A stretch of 64,000 bases of DNA from Candidatus Poseidoniaceae archaeon (GCA_965662895.1 CBFIJH010000004.1:32001-96000), one strand, 5' to 3'; counted from the first letter of the stretch, positions 30,401 to 40,884 are shown. Made by a program: numbers and translations. The notes: generated by a model not told the origin, from the letters alone.

Positions 30401-33400
30401 GACGTCGACAATGTAATCGGTAACAGGTTCAGCGTTGTATTCTGGTGCGGGAATTGCAAAGGACCATGTCCCATTCATGAGTTGGAAGTTGAAAATTCCA
30501 CCAGCATCCGTTGCACTGGTCCAAACAATGCCGTCCTCATTCGTAGCATGAACCTCTACAGGTTCGTAACCAGGTATGTTCTGGTTCCAGTCACTTTCAT
30601 TGTCAAACAAGAATATCGATCCTGTCACATCGTTCGTTGATTCAACTCGAATAACTCCAAGTTCATCCATCCCCTCGGTAACGGCAATCGAAGCACCAGC
30701 AGCATACCCGATGGTGCTTATCGCGTTCATGTTGAACGTCATGCCTGCAGGAAGTCGTTGTTGGAAAGCGCCTGAGATGTCCGTTACGGAGTTGAACTCA
30801 AGACCGTTTCCATGGAACCGGATTTGGACATTGCTCGCATTTGCATATGGCCTCTCACTCTCAGGAAGTTGGGACCACTCTTCCGGACTGAATCCTTGGA
30901 AACTCGGGGCTTCAATGGTACCATTTACCCACACTGAGATGGCATATGTGAAGTCAAGGAGCATGTCACTATCCTCAACAAGTATGTCCTCGACAAGGAT
31001 GTAATCCTCATCACTGTCGTCGCTCATTGTCCACTCCCCAGATGGAAGTTCGACAACGATCGTACCAGTCTCGTCAGAGACAACATCGATTGTTTCGAGA
31101 CCGAGTGAATCCGTGAAGGTGATGTTTCGCTCTGCAACATCAAAGCCATCTGGACCATCCAATGCAATTGTGAGGTCATACATGTCCGGTACAGGGCCAT
31201 CAAAAGTGAAGTTCATTGGATCGTCAAACACTTGGATGGTTTGATTGACCTCGTAGAAACCATCGCCATCCATGTCAACACGGACATAGTAGTCTCCGGA
31301 TGTGATTGGGCCGTAGGTTACGTTACCAACCTCATCGGTGTTGAAGGTCACAACTGAATCTTCGCCGAGTTCTACATCCATCAATTGAATCTCTTGGTCT
31401 GCGATTGGCTCATCAGTAATCGATTTCAACGTTCCTTCAAACACAGAAGCTGGCAAGGTCATTTCTAGGTCATAACTTGGTTCGATACCAACCTCGACTG
31501 GGTCAGGCAGCAAGATCTCTCTGCCATTTGGCATTTGAGCAATCATGTTGTAAACGCCTGGAACGAGCCCTGTCTGATAGAATGAACCGGGGTCGACAAT
31601 GTCACCACTGAAACTACCAGGTCCAACGAAGAGACCTGTTCCGTTCAGCGTTCCAATTCCTTCAAAGATACCGGTTCCTTCAAACGTTTCGCCATCAAGT
31701 TCCTTTGTCAAGGTACTGATTCCATCGGATGTTAAACGGCCACTTGCAAGGACCTCGCCATCGAGCAGATATGTAGAGTAATCGGCTCCTGCTGAAATCA
31801 AACAGAGTGTAGCATTCTCTGGCATTGTGGAATTTTCTGCACAATCGAGAGAGGCATTGTCATGTTCAATCCAAGTGGCTTCGATGGTACCTTTACCAAC
31901 CCAAGTTCCGTTACCGGAAAAGACTCGATTATCAGAAATCTCTCGAGTAAAGTTGCCTGTAAAGTCGTAGGCTAGTGCTACACCTTCGCTGGTGAACGTA
32001 CCAACGTCGGAGAATGTTACTTCTCCCGTACCCTGAAGCACACGAGATTCTTCTGAATCAAACGAACCGTTCGTCGTTGTGAGCGTGTAGTTTTGCGTCA
32101 TTGACCAAATGTTTCGCAGAACGAAATCTGTCTCGATAAGTGGTTCCCCATCGAAATCTCCGTAACCTGACCACGTGACTGTACCGGAAACACCCGAACT
32201 CTGTACTTCAATGTCCATCGATTCTAGCGCAGGTGCATTCACATCACGGTCAGCTTGCGCACCCGTTACATTCAGTGTTGTTTCGCCAAGCCATGTCATG
32301 TTTGCAACTTGACCAAGCACTGCCGTGATGGCATAGACTTCTCGGTCATCGTTGACATCTGTTAGAACGTCGCCAAATCCTTGGGCAAATTCACCGCTCT
32401 GGATCTCTTGAATCGCTAATGTGTCATCGAAGACTCCAGCGAATGCAGAGACTCGAATTCGGCCTGCTGGTGCAAGGAAACTCCAATCTCCATTTTCATC
32501 TGCGTCGGTCATCCCGATAGGAATCCAATACGTATCTTCGTCCAAATCCTCGGAATCTTCGCCTGAGAATGCGTCACGTTCGATGAGGATGCGAGCATTT
32601 GGCAACCCGAGTTTATCATCTTCGGTCATGACAGTTCCTGAGATTTCCGCCCCAGAGTAGTATTTCATGACCTTCACGTTCGCATTAGCTAGGATTGCAG
32701 GCGTGTCCGGGTCGTACCAGTTGGCGATGACAAAGTGATTCATCATCGCACCAGGTAGTGGATATGCCTGCTGCAGGAACGAAGTCCCTCGTGCGCTTTC
32801 ACCCAACTGTTGACGTGGTTGAGGATTCGTCGAACCTGAATCAGCACCAAGCGTAGAAGCTCCGTAACCGACATAGGAACGAGCCAACATTGTATCGAAG
32901 AATTCAGGGAGATGATCAATTCGAATGTCCTGGACGGTGAGTGGTTCAATTTCAGCACCGGATTGTTGGTCGAGTACGTCCTTTAACATGGCCTCATCGA
33001 CGGCTTCTCGGTCCATCTCGCGGACAGGCTGGTCGCCGCGCTTGGTTTCGTAGACTTCGTTTGTGAAGGTATTGAAATCTTGACCAGAGAGAATGGTTGG
33101 AGCACCGAAGATACCAAGTGGCCTTCCTCCGTTGTATCCTGATTCTGCTGTGTAACGACCCGCACGTGGATACAGTTTGTCATCGATGGCAAAGTATCGA
33201 ATTTCGTGATCTCGCTCAAGAGTTTCACCTGGAGCACCGTTGTAATCTTGCACTTCGTAAATGTCCTCCAATTCAATGATTGCATGATAGAGATCAACAA
33301 TTTCATCGTCAGAGAGAGCGTTGCTAAGGAATTGGACAACGAGCGCGATGTTGGCATTTGAACGGTGGATGTTGGTCGATACGGAACTGTATTCTTCAAC

Positions 33401-36400
33401 CATGTCCGCCGTGTACCAGTATTCACCAAAGGTGTAATGCGTTATCTCGGAGATTTCGGATGAACTTACGTCCGCATTGTTGCGGAATGTGCTGTTCGCT
33501 GCTTGCTCTGAAACATAATCACCGTTTGAACAAATGTCCTCACTTGGATTGTCACAGGGTATCATTTCTCCATCCGCCCAAACTCGGTAATGGAGACCAA
33601 GCGATTCATCAGGTATACCATTCGAATCGAGAGGATATCCTCTGGACATGAATGTGTCACCTTTGTTCTTGAAAACTTCAAAGGAGTGGTCGACGACCAT
33701 ATCCCGCATATCATCCAAGGCCATACCCTCTCGGATAACGAGGCGTTCGAGTTCAGCGTATTGCTCAGGATTGTTCAAGCCATTCTTCATAGCAGTTTCA
33801 AATTGAGGTGTGAACGACAATTCACCGGTTTTTTCCACGTTGTACGTCAAGTCTCCGATGATAAGGAGTTGCGTAAACATGGCCACCAAATCGGTCTGAC
33901 TGCGCGCAAGCAGCATGTTTCCTGAGGCAGGAATTCCACTTTGGAAGTTGTCTGCTACGGACGGGTGCTCACCTGTGTTGAGTGCTTGGAATCCGTAATC
34001 CCACCAGGATACGAAGGCGGGTTTGTCACCAAATTTCATTTCACACAGACCTGAGCCGGATAACCAAATACCGTTTTCTTGATCGCAACCAGATTCATCG
34101 GTCACACCTTCGTGGTACCTGTCTTGTTCCGCTAACCATTGATGCGCATCGTTCCAATGTTGACCGTTAAATCCACTTCCGAACGAACCCATGTAAGCTC
34201 GGCCGCCAAAAGCCTCGTAATCTCGGCTGTCAAGAATAGACACGCCAAGTCCATCCCAACGCATAATGTCAGGGACAGTGTAGTAAAACGATTCGTCCAA
34301 GTCACTCTCGGCTGGTGAATTGCTTGGGATTGCTGAATCGAGACCGTAGGTGAGTTGTTGTCCCGAGAGCATGATCAGAACAAGAACAACTGCGGAAAAG
34401 GATGGTGTTCTCCAAACTGCACGACGTGCTCCTGCAATTCGCTCCGACGGCGTTCGAATTCCTGCACGACGCCAGGTTCGTACAAGATTGTTCCAATCAG
34501 CCCACTTCCAGAATCCAACAACACCTGCTGCACCCATCACGGCAACAACTGGTGTTGCGTTGAATAGGAATCGAGCAGCTGTCCACGACATGTAGGAAGC
34601 GGTAAAAATCCATACAGCAAAGACCAATGAGATTTGACTACGCTGGCTGAAAGCCCTCCACAGAGATGTCAAACCGACAACGAGCGCGAACACGAAGACG
34701 ATCGGTCCGAAACTTGCGAACATGTATCCACGGTCGGGAGCGTTCGCTTCCGCAACGGTTCCAAAAATCTTGGTCTTGGTGAAATAACCGCTACCTGTGA
34801 ACAAGACATCCCAAGCGTTGCTCAGATCCGTCAATTTCAGGACGTACAAGGTGGCCAAAAAGACCGTTGCACCTACGCCCAGTGTTCCTAGGACGAGCAA
34901 CCAAGGCTTGTCTCGGAATCCTGTGGTAATGTACATGATTACCACTGTAAACAGCAGAATGAACAAAAATGGTTGAAGACCAGTTCCATCGAGCACCAAA
35001 TTCATTTGTGGGTGAGCGTAGAATGGAAGTGCAATCAAAAGGTTCGTCAAAAGCATTGTCAGGAATAGTGTGCTGAGAATCGTTGAATCACGACGTCGGA
35101 ACATGTTCAGTGCAACTTGTGCTGCATAGGCCAAGAAGAGAATTGCCGGCCCAACAACGAACCCTTTCCAACCGAGGCTTGCAGTAGCGAATGCTACACC
35201 TGCCAAAACTGCGTTTGCCATGGCGTATTGTCGCTGCTGCGCTACAGCACCCATCGCTCGAAGCATATCGAGTGGACGAATCGATGTTGTGCGAACCAGT
35301 CGTTCCGAACCTGCGTATCGGACGGCACGAAGGTAAAACATGAAACCGAGCGAGATGAACAACATCACGAAGGAATCGTGGTCTGCGAGTCCCCACGTCG
35401 AGTGCGTGACGTGAGCTGGCATGAATGCGATTAACCACGCAGCGATGACACCAGCGGCCTTGCCAAAGTGGTCGCGTGCGATTGCAGCGACTGGCAAGAT
35501 TGTCAATGCCCCGAAGATTGCTGGAAGAGCAAGCATGCTCCACCACACTGCATCATCACCAAGGACGGGTTCCATAATCATCGCACCAATTGCGAGACAC
35601 CAGGTGAACAAAGGAGGACGTGGATTGATTCCGCCGAGCGGGTAGGCTCGATCGGCATCGAGAACCAAGTGCGCATTTTGAGCGAGGATGTAATCGACAA
35701 CGCGCTTCATGTACCATGGGTCAGAACCACCTGTGAGGTCAAAACCATCCGTCCCCAATGCGTGCATTGAAGGAACAGCATACCATTGAATTCGAATGAC
35801 GAAGCCGACAATAAACGCAACGGCTGTCAAGAGTCCTGCCCAATGGGCATTCCAAAATTGTCGAGCACCGCTTGGTCGATGTTCTTCGCGATTTGACCAA
35901 CCACCGTATTTTTCATGATTCCCGATGATCGAAATTGCTACACCGAGGAAGAACGTGATGGCGAGCCAAATCAGTGGAGCCCATGATTCTGCAAACGTTT
36001 CGTTGGTCCAGAATCCTTCTTCGTACCATGAGCCGATGAGATACAGACCCCAGAGTGATGAAAGCGTCATTGCACGTGTCAACCAGCGTTCAGCGACCAT
36101 ACCAGAAACGATGATGGCCACAATTCCTGTCAGAAGTGCGGAGTAATAGCCGACGAAGCCGTTTGCTTCAACGCCGCCGAGACCGCCCAAGCGTAGTCGA
36201 TCTGCAATCGTGCCTTGGTCGAAGTGCCAGATTGTGGCGAGATGGGCTGCTGCCCAAACAAAGAGTGCAATTTGCAGAGGAAGAGCTTGGCGATTCCAGC
36301 CTTCTTCGACTTTGTTGAATGAGAACCATCCCTTTTCTCCAGCAGGGTTCAGAAGACCACGGCCAGCGACACCGGCAAGCAGACCGAGAATGACGAAGAC

Positions 36401-36949
36401 TGTGAACCACGTAAAGAAGACAAACCCAATGGCTGTTTCTTGGAACGTCGAGACATCGAAGGATTGTCCTTCAGAAAACTCGTATACGGTTGGCAAATAT
36501 CCATCGACGGCAGCTGCGGCTGCAATATCAAACGCTGCATGAACGCCAACACCTGCAAACACAAGCATCGTCATCCATTCATATCGTTCCCGGGAATCAA
36601 GCAGATAGCCACCGAAAAGGATGATGAAGAATGTAAAGCCCACGAAACCATCGGTTTGGCCTTCAACCAATCCAGAACCTACGAGTGCGAGGACAAACAT
36701 TGCGAGGGAGATTTGTGTTTGTGATACGGACTCTGGAAGGCTACCGAGCTGGTCGAGAATGCGGGGAGTGACGGCCAAGAGACCGGCAATTCCTGTAACG
36801 ATGAATGGCGTCATCGTATCGCTGTTCAATTCGACATCGATCGACATCAGTCCATCGACGTAGTTTGCTAGTACTGCAATGAGAACCGCAAGTGGGGCGA
36901 TAAGCCAGCCAAAAACGGGTCGTTGCGAGGTCGTAGTTACCTTTTCCAT
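27401..36949 (-). CDS. aglB: Giant oligosaccharyltransferase AglB/STT3 with an extra N-terminal multi-TM domain and a long C-terminal beta-sandwich repeat stalk plus TM
   Basis: 3182 aa; 'GSDPWY', 'ADHD', 'GTVAE' (TIXE-like), 'SWWDYG' (nt 33992-34006) and 'ADNFQ'. Confidence 0.88.
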   Translation of the reverse strand: MEKVTTTSQRPVFGWLIAPLAVLIAVLANYVDGLMSIDVELNSDTMTPFIVTGIAGLLAVTPRILDQLGSLPESVSQTQISLAMFVLALVGSGLVEGQTDGFVGFTFFIILFGGYLLDSRERYEWMTMLVFAGVGVHAAFDIAAAAAVDGYLPTVYEFSEGQSFDVSTFQETAIGFVFFTWFTVFVILGLLAGVAGRGLLNPAGEKGWFSFNKVEEGWNRQALPLQIALFVWAAAHLATIWHFDQGTIADRLRLGGLGGVEANGFVGYYSALLTGIVAIIVSGMVAERWLTRAMTLSSLWGLYLIGSWYEEGFWTNETFAESWAPLIWLAITFFLGVAISIIGNHEKYGGWSNREEHRPSGARQFWNAHWAGLLTAVAFIVGFVIRIQWYAVPSMHALGTDGFDLTGGSDPWYMKRVVDYILAQNAHLVLDADRAYPLGGINPRPPLFTWCLAIGAMIMEPVLGDDAVWWSMLALPAIFGALTILPVAAIARDHFGKAAGVIAAWLIAFMPAHVTHSTWGLADHDSFVMLFISLGFMFYLRAVRYAGSERLVRTTSIRPLDMLRAMGAVAQQRQYAMANAVLAGVAFATASLGWKGFVVGPAILFLAYAAQVALNMFRRRDSTILSTLFLTMLLTNLLIALPFYAHPQMNLVLDGTGLQPFLFILLFTVVIMYITTGFRDKPWLLVLGTLGVGATVFLATLYVLKLTDLSNAWDVLFTGSGYFTKTKIFGTVAEANAPDRGYMFASFGPIVFVFALVVGLTSLWRAFSQRSQISLVFAVWIFTASYMSWTAARFLFNATPVVAVMGAAGVVGFWKWADWNNLVRTWRRAGIRTPSERIAGARRAVWRTPSFSAVVLVLIMLSGQQLTYGLDSAIPSNSPAESDLDESFYYTVPDIMRWDGLGVSILDSRDYEAFGGRAYMGSFGSGFNGQHWNDAHQWLAEQDRYHEGVTDESGCDQENGIWLSGSGLCEMKFGDKPAFVSWWDYGFQALNTGEHPSVADNFQSGIPASGNMLLARSQTDLVAMFTQLLIIGDLTYNVEKTGELSFTPQFETAMKNGLNNPEQYAELERLVIREGMALDDMRDMVVDHSFEVFKNKGDTFMSRGYPLDSNGIPDESLGLHYRVWADGEMIPCDNPSEDICSNGDYVSEQAANSTFRNNADVSSSEISEITHYTFGEYWYTADMVEEYSSVSTNIHRSNANIALVVQFLSNALSDDEIVDLYHAIIELEDIYEVQDYNGAPGETLERDHEIRYFAIDDKLYPRAGRYTAESGYNGGRPLGIFGAPTILSGQDFNTFTNEVYETKRGDQPVREMDREAVDEAMLKDVLDQQSGAEIEPLTVQDIRIDHLPEFFDTMLARSYVGYGASTLGADSGSTNPQPRQQLGESARGTSFLQQAYPLPGAMMNHFVIANWYDPDTPAILANANVKVMKYYSGAEISGTVMTEDDKLGLPNARILIERDAFSGEDSEDLDEDTYWIPIGMTDADENGDWSFLAPAGRIRVSAFAGVFDDTLAIQEIQSGEFAQGFGDVLTDVNDDREVYAITAVLGQVANMTWLGETTLNVTGAQADRDVNAPALESMDIEVQSSGVSGTVTWSGYGDFDGEPLIETDFVLRNIWSMTQNYTLTTTNGSFDSEESRVLQGTGEVTFSDVGTFTSEGVALAYDFTGNFTREISDNRVFSGNGTWVGKGTIEATWIEHDNASLDCAENSTMPENATLCLISAGADYSTYLLDGEVLASGRLTSDGISTLTKELDGETFEGTGIFEGIGTLNGTGLFVGPGSFSGDIVDPGSFYQTGLVPGVYNMIAQMPNGREILLPDPVEVGIEPSYDLEMTLPASVFEGTLKSITDEPIADQEIQLMDVELGEDSVVTFNTDEVGNVTYGPITSGDYYVRVDMDGDGFYEVNQTIQVFDDPMNFTFDGPVPDMYDLTIALDGPDGFDVAERNITFTDSLGLETIDVVSDETGTIVVELPSGEWTMSDDSDEDYILVEDILVEDSDMLLDFTYAISVWVNGTIEAPSFQGFSPEEWSQLPESERPYANASNVQIRFHGNGLEFNSVTDISGAFQQRLPAGMTFNMNAISTIGYAAGASIAVTEGMDELGVIRVESTNDVTGSIFLFDNESDWNQNIPGYEPVEVHATNEDGIVWTSATDAGGIFNFQLMNGTWSFAIPAPEYNAEPVTDYIVDVNNSESMDELVLVANPSNTTVVLNVFTDLGDGVFENGTAVRPDLQLVPITSVGKQVNVTSDDYLEDGIVEVVLSPGVYSISTNYVDASDENATDSSLEINGLLNPIEIGLNGPDEAVLVPIVDEWRMNGTITWANGSAMSDNFLLSTPDGTDYVPIAVDDNGSFATYVQSGDYIVVVSPLENEEGVTESLRMPITIGADSSVRTDLSLALVEAVEVTLTLKETGTENTLADKKVVLVSHDGFGNITMNPSDSEGNSSQLVMPGTWSLYMNESGAQRYWNIDTFESPVLMDSNTSLGDVYAALEVEIGGKVYWDTDEDDVPDIDEGVEGANVVIQGGTVDTTVSTDPAGVWRMYVPILENYAITVSKDGFGSVSYDDNDTGTYVVENEPVSQDIEMSAAEVTVTGTITDVLDASRLDGASITLYGTSENQQASVDVVGTLESEVLSFSAVVEPGQWVVVVYEDEAPFNGGGVAVGLLDAEVQNGGSIELVMSKGGWVDLSTEFTSFGLQTFNAGTDNESSPVSDVVEVEVDLGDGKTWEIPLLSNGTLEVLLPANSVSFNSEFSTVQRDLVMNYTAGVTIENAGEGRTALMLSYNRKANSDLTLTVGGVEGATVLGDENRDLLAIVDPDDAANYTAIEFDVLAQYEGTEISDPFDVTGTVSVSPDQGDWAVEFYNGTDWISSTDVLLGIGDVTENATLEATIRARIVLPTVEAAWWLEDGHDVNIRFSADSGDMTEVSVNVEVPQTYAFNMTDVSSTIGVTPGGTTTASLTINNNGNGDDSFTYEVLDNIPDGWTVSPMNGVTTIAKDNLRDLAFTVTAPADFTDSSITIEVRVTSEDGTTEDKAEIVVESARIALNWNQDLSKSRSNNFADVDPNILVIVIENDGLRQAQAVTVFVSSDGLTERNMTLSVPAEGSTDFEFVLPKSSQGITRYDVRAVVSDDEVNFSTTTVGDDFSIEYLVQGSEDSSNPIVIVTIIALIFIILYFGFKASSRARSSGSRF

Positions 36950-37046
36950 TTTGTTCCCTCAGAGGATTGCTCGACAGCAGCAGGGCTGGAGCGTTTTGCC
37001 CACTTTCGACCTTCTTTTAACAATGACGATGCGGGGGGAGAGTGAA

Positions 37047-37070
37047 TCGGTGTACGTCACCGAATTTTTT
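37047..37070. terminator. Short hairpin with adjacent A/T tract just downstream of purD (possible terminator)
   Basis: TCGGTG-TACGT-CACCGA followed by ATTTTTT on the + strand. Confidence 0.25.
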
Positions 37071-37072
37071 GT

Positions 37073-38335
37073 TCACAAAGCTCGATGTCCGATGTCCGTC
37101 CGATGGTGGGAGCCTTCGAGCTCAATTTGATGCAATCTCTGATAGGATTGTTCTCGTGCTTCAAGAAGAGAATCGGCAACCGAGGTCACCGATAAGACAC
37201 GGCCTCCGGAAGAGAGCAATGTACCGTTTTCATCTTTGGTTGTACCAGCATGATTCACCCAGGTTTTCGTTGTGTCCAACGAACGGTCTATTCCATGAAT
37301 TGGGCGACCTTTGACTGCTGCTTGTGGATATCCTTCGGAAGCAAGAACGACAGTCAGCGCATGTTTCTGTTTTGATATAACATCCATGCTTTCCAAGCAA
37401 TCGGTCGCGGCATTGAACAAGAGGTCGCCGACATCCGCATCGATAAGGGGCAATGTTACTTGGCATTCAGGATCGCCGAATCGTACGTTAAATTCGACGA
37501 CAGATGGATCTCCATTTGCATCAATCATGAGGCCAACATAGAGAACACCACGGTATGGAATGTGCATCGATGAGAGATAGGAAAACATGGGTTCAACGAT
37601 GCGTTCAACGATTTTTCGATGAATTTCCTCGGTCACGACTGGGGCTGGGCAGTATGCGCCCATGCCGCCAGTGTTGGGCCCGTTGTCCCCATCGAAAGCA
37701 CGCTTGTGGTCTTGACTCGCCGGTAAGCAAACATAACCGGATTTATCCATAACGACCAGCATACTTGCCTCCTCACCAGGGAGAAATTTCTCAAGTAAAA
37801 CGTGTCCATCGGACTTGATGGATTGGTGGATGAACTCTTTCGCTTCACGAAGATCTGAGGTCACGACAACCCCTTTTCCTCCAGCTAGGACATCGCGTTT
37901 GATGACCCATGGTTCATCGGAGTACCGTTCCAGACAAGCATCAATGTCCGTTGTGTCGTCAAGAAGATCGTATTCAGCGGTCGGAACTCCTGCGGATTTC
38001 ATTGCTTGCTTGGCAAAGAGCTTCGAGCCTTCAAGCTCTGCGTGAATTTGTTGTGGCCCAAAGCACGGAATTCCGTTTTCTATGAGCATGTCTGCAAGTC
38101 CATCGCACAACGGCGCTTCAGGACCAACGACCACAAAATCAACGTTCAATCGGTTTGAGAGTTCGACCAAACCGTCAATGTTCGACGCACTGATGTCATG
38201 ATTTGAGCCAAAGGATTCTGTCCCAGCATTCCCTGGTGCCACATGTATCCCCTGAATCGATGGGGATTTTGACAAAGCGAGGCACAATGCATGTTCCCGG
38301 CCACCTCCACCCACGACAAGTACCGTCCGACCCAT
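37073..38335 (-). CDS. purD: Phosphoribosylamine--glycine ligase
   Basis: 'VVGGGGREHAL', 'VGPEAPL', 'LEGSKLFAK', 'QDHKRAFDGDNGPNTGGMGAY', 'EFNVRFGDPE' and 'GGRVL'. Start moved to ATG 38335. Confidence 0.97.
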   Translation of the reverse strand: MGRTVLVVGGGGREHALCLALSKSPSIQGIHVAPGNAGTESFGSNHDISASNIDGLVELSNRLNVDFVVVGPEAPLCDGLADMLIENGIPCFGPQQIHAELEGSKLFAKQAMKSAGVPTAEYDLLDDTTDIDACLERYSDEPWVIKRDVLAGGKGVVVTSDLREAKEFIHQSIKSDGHVLLEKFLPGEEASMLVVMDKSGYVCLPASQDHKRAFDGDNGPNTGGMGAYCPAPVVTEEIHRKIVERIVEPMFSYLSSMHIPYRGVLYVGLMIDANGDPSVVEFNVRFGDPECQVTLPLIDADVGDLLFNAATDCLESMDVISKQKHALTVVLASEGYPQAAVKGRPIHGIDRSLDTTKTWVNHAGTTKDENGTLLSSGGRVLSVTSVADSLLEAREQSYQRLHQIELEGSHHRTDIGHRAL

Positions 38336-38426
38336 ACACGTGGCTACAGCATTGGGCTGATAATTCAACCGCTTTGGTCTTCAGTGGACAACAGTCTTCA
38401 TGTGCTTCGTGTGCTTCGTGAGACGC

Positions 38427-39089
38427 ATGAGCAACGTTGCAGAAGCGACGGACATGGGCCTGTTTCTACTCGCATTGATGACATTGTGGCTCTATCTTCC
38501 TGGTTTCATCGCCAATACATTCGCAATGATGTGGGGCAAGTGGCTGCCAAAGACAGGATATGGCCCTTGGCCGATAGATGGAGGACGAGTTCTCAGTGAT
38601 GGCAATCGTATGCTTGGAGATGGGAAGACTTGGAATGGCTTGATTGGTGGGTCGCTTACGGCGGGATTCCTGTGCATGCTCCAGGTTGCAATTGTTGGAA
38701 CGGCGTTCGAAGAAGCATCGGTTTTCGTCACACCACTAACAGGTTCGGAAGGCGCGTGGTTCTCGGTTGGTGGACCCTGGCTTACGGCTTACATCCTTGG
38801 ATCGTTTCTTGGGTTTGCGTGCCTGATTGGTGACATGACGGGTTCCTTTTTCAAGCGACGACGTGGATTGAAGCGCGAAGGTGATGTTTCGTCAAAAGCC
38901 CCACTTCTCGATACGTTGCCTTTCGCCATCATGGTGTTTCTTTGGGGCCAGTTGTTCCTTGGCCCATCGCTGCTGTCTTCAACCGATTTGATGCTTCCTA
39001 TGGTCATCATCATCGCCATCACTCCAATCTTGCACCGTTCATTCAATCTGATTGGATATGCAATCGGTTGGAAGGATGTTCCGTACTAA
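38427..39089 (+). CDS. carS: CDP-2,3-bis-(O-geranylgeranyl)-sn-glycerol (CDP-archaeol) synthase
   Basis: 'PIDGG..DGNRMLGDGKTWNG', 'GDMTGSFFKRR', 'PLLD' and C-terminal 'LHRSFNLIGYAIGWKDVPY'. Confidence 0.92.
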   Translation: MSNVAEATDMGLFLLALMTLWLYLPGFIANTFAMMWGKWLPKTGYGPWPIDGGRVLSDGNRMLGDGKTWNGLIGGSLTAGFLCMLQVAIVGTAFEEASVFVTPLTGSEGAWFSVGGPWLTAYILGSFLGFACLIGDMTGSFFKRRRGLKREGDVSSKAPLLDTLPFAIMVFLWGQLFLGPSLLSSTDLMLPMVIIIAITPILHRSFNLIGYAIGWKDVPY

Positions 39090-39129
39090 AGAGAGAAGGA
39101 TTGATTTTCTTTAGCGTACTGGAACGACC

Positions 39130-40878
39130 ATGCGAACCGCATCCTTCCTAGCCTTCATTCTGATTACATCGATTGCAGTAACGGTCCCAGTTACTGCATC
39201 GCCTCCCGCTCAAGGAGGTAGCGAAACCATTACCGACACTGTCTCATGGACCGAAGATGGAGATTTTGATGGAGAAGTCATTGTAAAAAGCGGGGGTGAA
39301 CTTCACTGGTCGGGGGACATCTCAGTCAAGCAAAATTCTCACGTTCGCATCGAGGAGGGTGGAACCTTGCACCTTGATTCGGCGATGCTTGTTGGTGAAA
39401 ATGCGGCATCAACGCTGCTCATCTATGATGGGAGTGAGATTGTAATCGACGAAAACATAGCAGACTCGTCAGCAACAATGACCTTGTTCTTCAACATTGA
39501 CGTCCCAGAAACGGCATTCCTTAATCTCACAATCGACGATGTTACAACTGGAGAGATTACTGGAGACAGTGCATCATTCACAGTCGATTTGTCACAAGCG
39601 GTCGATATTGTTGTCGAGCATTATTACCCACTGTATTTGGGGATTACACACGTCGAACTTTTCCATTCCAACGCTGAATTACGAACCATCAATGCGGATG
39701 AGCTTCAACAAACCGGAGGCAACCTCATTTGGAACCAAGCGTCGTTCAAAATCGAAAACCATGGCACGCTCATTATCGATGCCTCGACAATTCTTGGTGC
39801 GAACATCACGTGTGACGGTGCATGCTCAGTCCTCAACTCAGATCTGCACGGTAGTGGACCCATTCATGTCACCAATGGAAATCACATCGATGTCATTGAA
39901 TCAACAATGCTTGGTTCCCGCACCGATGAGGACATTATTTTGCATGATCAGGCAACCATTGAGTACACGAATTCATCGGGGACTGGTGGATACACGGATG
40001 CATGGATTCGACTTCTCTCAAAGCGAGAATTGTCCATCAATGCTCCAACTGCTACAGTTGTTGCTACCGGAATTGGTTACGGAGGAAACACGATTAACAC
40101 CATCATCAATGGTGACCCGAACGATTCCAGCACGTGGGTGGTTGACATCGGAACAAACGAACATAAGCGAATTGTTGAATGGCTCGATGGCAGTGGAGTC
40201 TACGGAGAGGAATCTGGCACCATCAAAGTCACCGTTGAAACCAACTGGGGGAATTTTGTTGCCGATACCACAGCACCACGCTTGTCAAGCGCAGCGATTG
40301 ATATTGAATATCCGACATTGAACATCGACAAAATCGAACCTGAAGCTGTTACTGCAGACACTGGACGGTCCCATGGAGTGATGGTTACCGTCTCCAATAC
40401 TGGAACGATTGCAGTTGATCCGAACGTTCGCTGCTATGTTGATGACGTGGAAGCAGATACCACGGCGAGTACTGCGAATTGGGCGGTCGAACCAGGTCAA
40501 ACAAAGGATGTTCCAATCACGTGGTATCATAATTCCGATGGAGCTGTTCAATTGACCTGCAAGTTCCTTTACCCGGATGTTCTTGAACCAGTTCAAAGCC
40601 TCATCGCAAACGAACAAGGAACAACATCAGGCGAGGTGTCATGGACGACGGCAGAAGAGGTTGAGGAATTACCAATCGTGCTTTATGGAGCCATCATCCT
40701 ATTGGTGGTCGTTCTTGCAGCAGCGATTGGTCTACGCGCAAGCAAGGAAATTTCGAAAGATTACATTGCTGAAGAGACGCATGTTGAACAAGAGGATCGC
40801 ATCGAAGAGGATGTCACCGACGAGCCTACAGAAGAATGGCTCGATGCTGAAGGCAACCCGATTATTTCAAACGAATAG
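39130..40878 (+). CDS. Secreted beta-rich surface protein with a CARDB-like domain and C-terminal TM
   Basis: Signal peptide; 'VMVTVSNTG...VEPGQTKDV'; TM then an acidic tail ending 'EEWLDAEGNP'. Confidence 0.75.
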   Translation: MRTASFLAFILITSIAVTVPVTASPPAQGGSETITDTVSWTEDGDFDGEVIVKSGGELHWSGDISVKQNSHVRIEEGGTLHLDSAMLVGENAASTLLIYDGSEIVIDENIADSSATMTLFFNIDVPETAFLNLTIDDVTTGEITGDSASFTVDLSQAVDIVVEHYYPLYLGITHVELFHSNAELRTINADELQQTGGNLIWNQASFKIENHGTLIIDASTILGANITCDGACSVLNSDLHGSGPIHVTNGNHIDVIESTMLGSRTDEDIILHDQATIEYTNSSGTGGYTDAWIRLLSKRELSINAPTATVVATGIGYGGNTINTIINGDPNDSSTWVVDIGTNEHKRIVEWLDGSGVYGEESGTIKVTVETNWGNFVADTTAPRLSSAAIDIEYPTLNIDKIEPEAVTADTGRSHGVMVTVSNTGTIAVDPNVRCYVDDVEADTTASTANWAVEPGQTKDVPITWYHNSDGAVQLTCKFLYPDVLEPVQSLIANEQGTTSGEVSWTTAEEVEELPIVLYGAIILLVVVLAAAIGLRASKEISKDYIAEETHVEQEDRIEEDVTDEPTEEWLDAEGNPIISNE

Positions 40879-40884
40879 TTGTGC

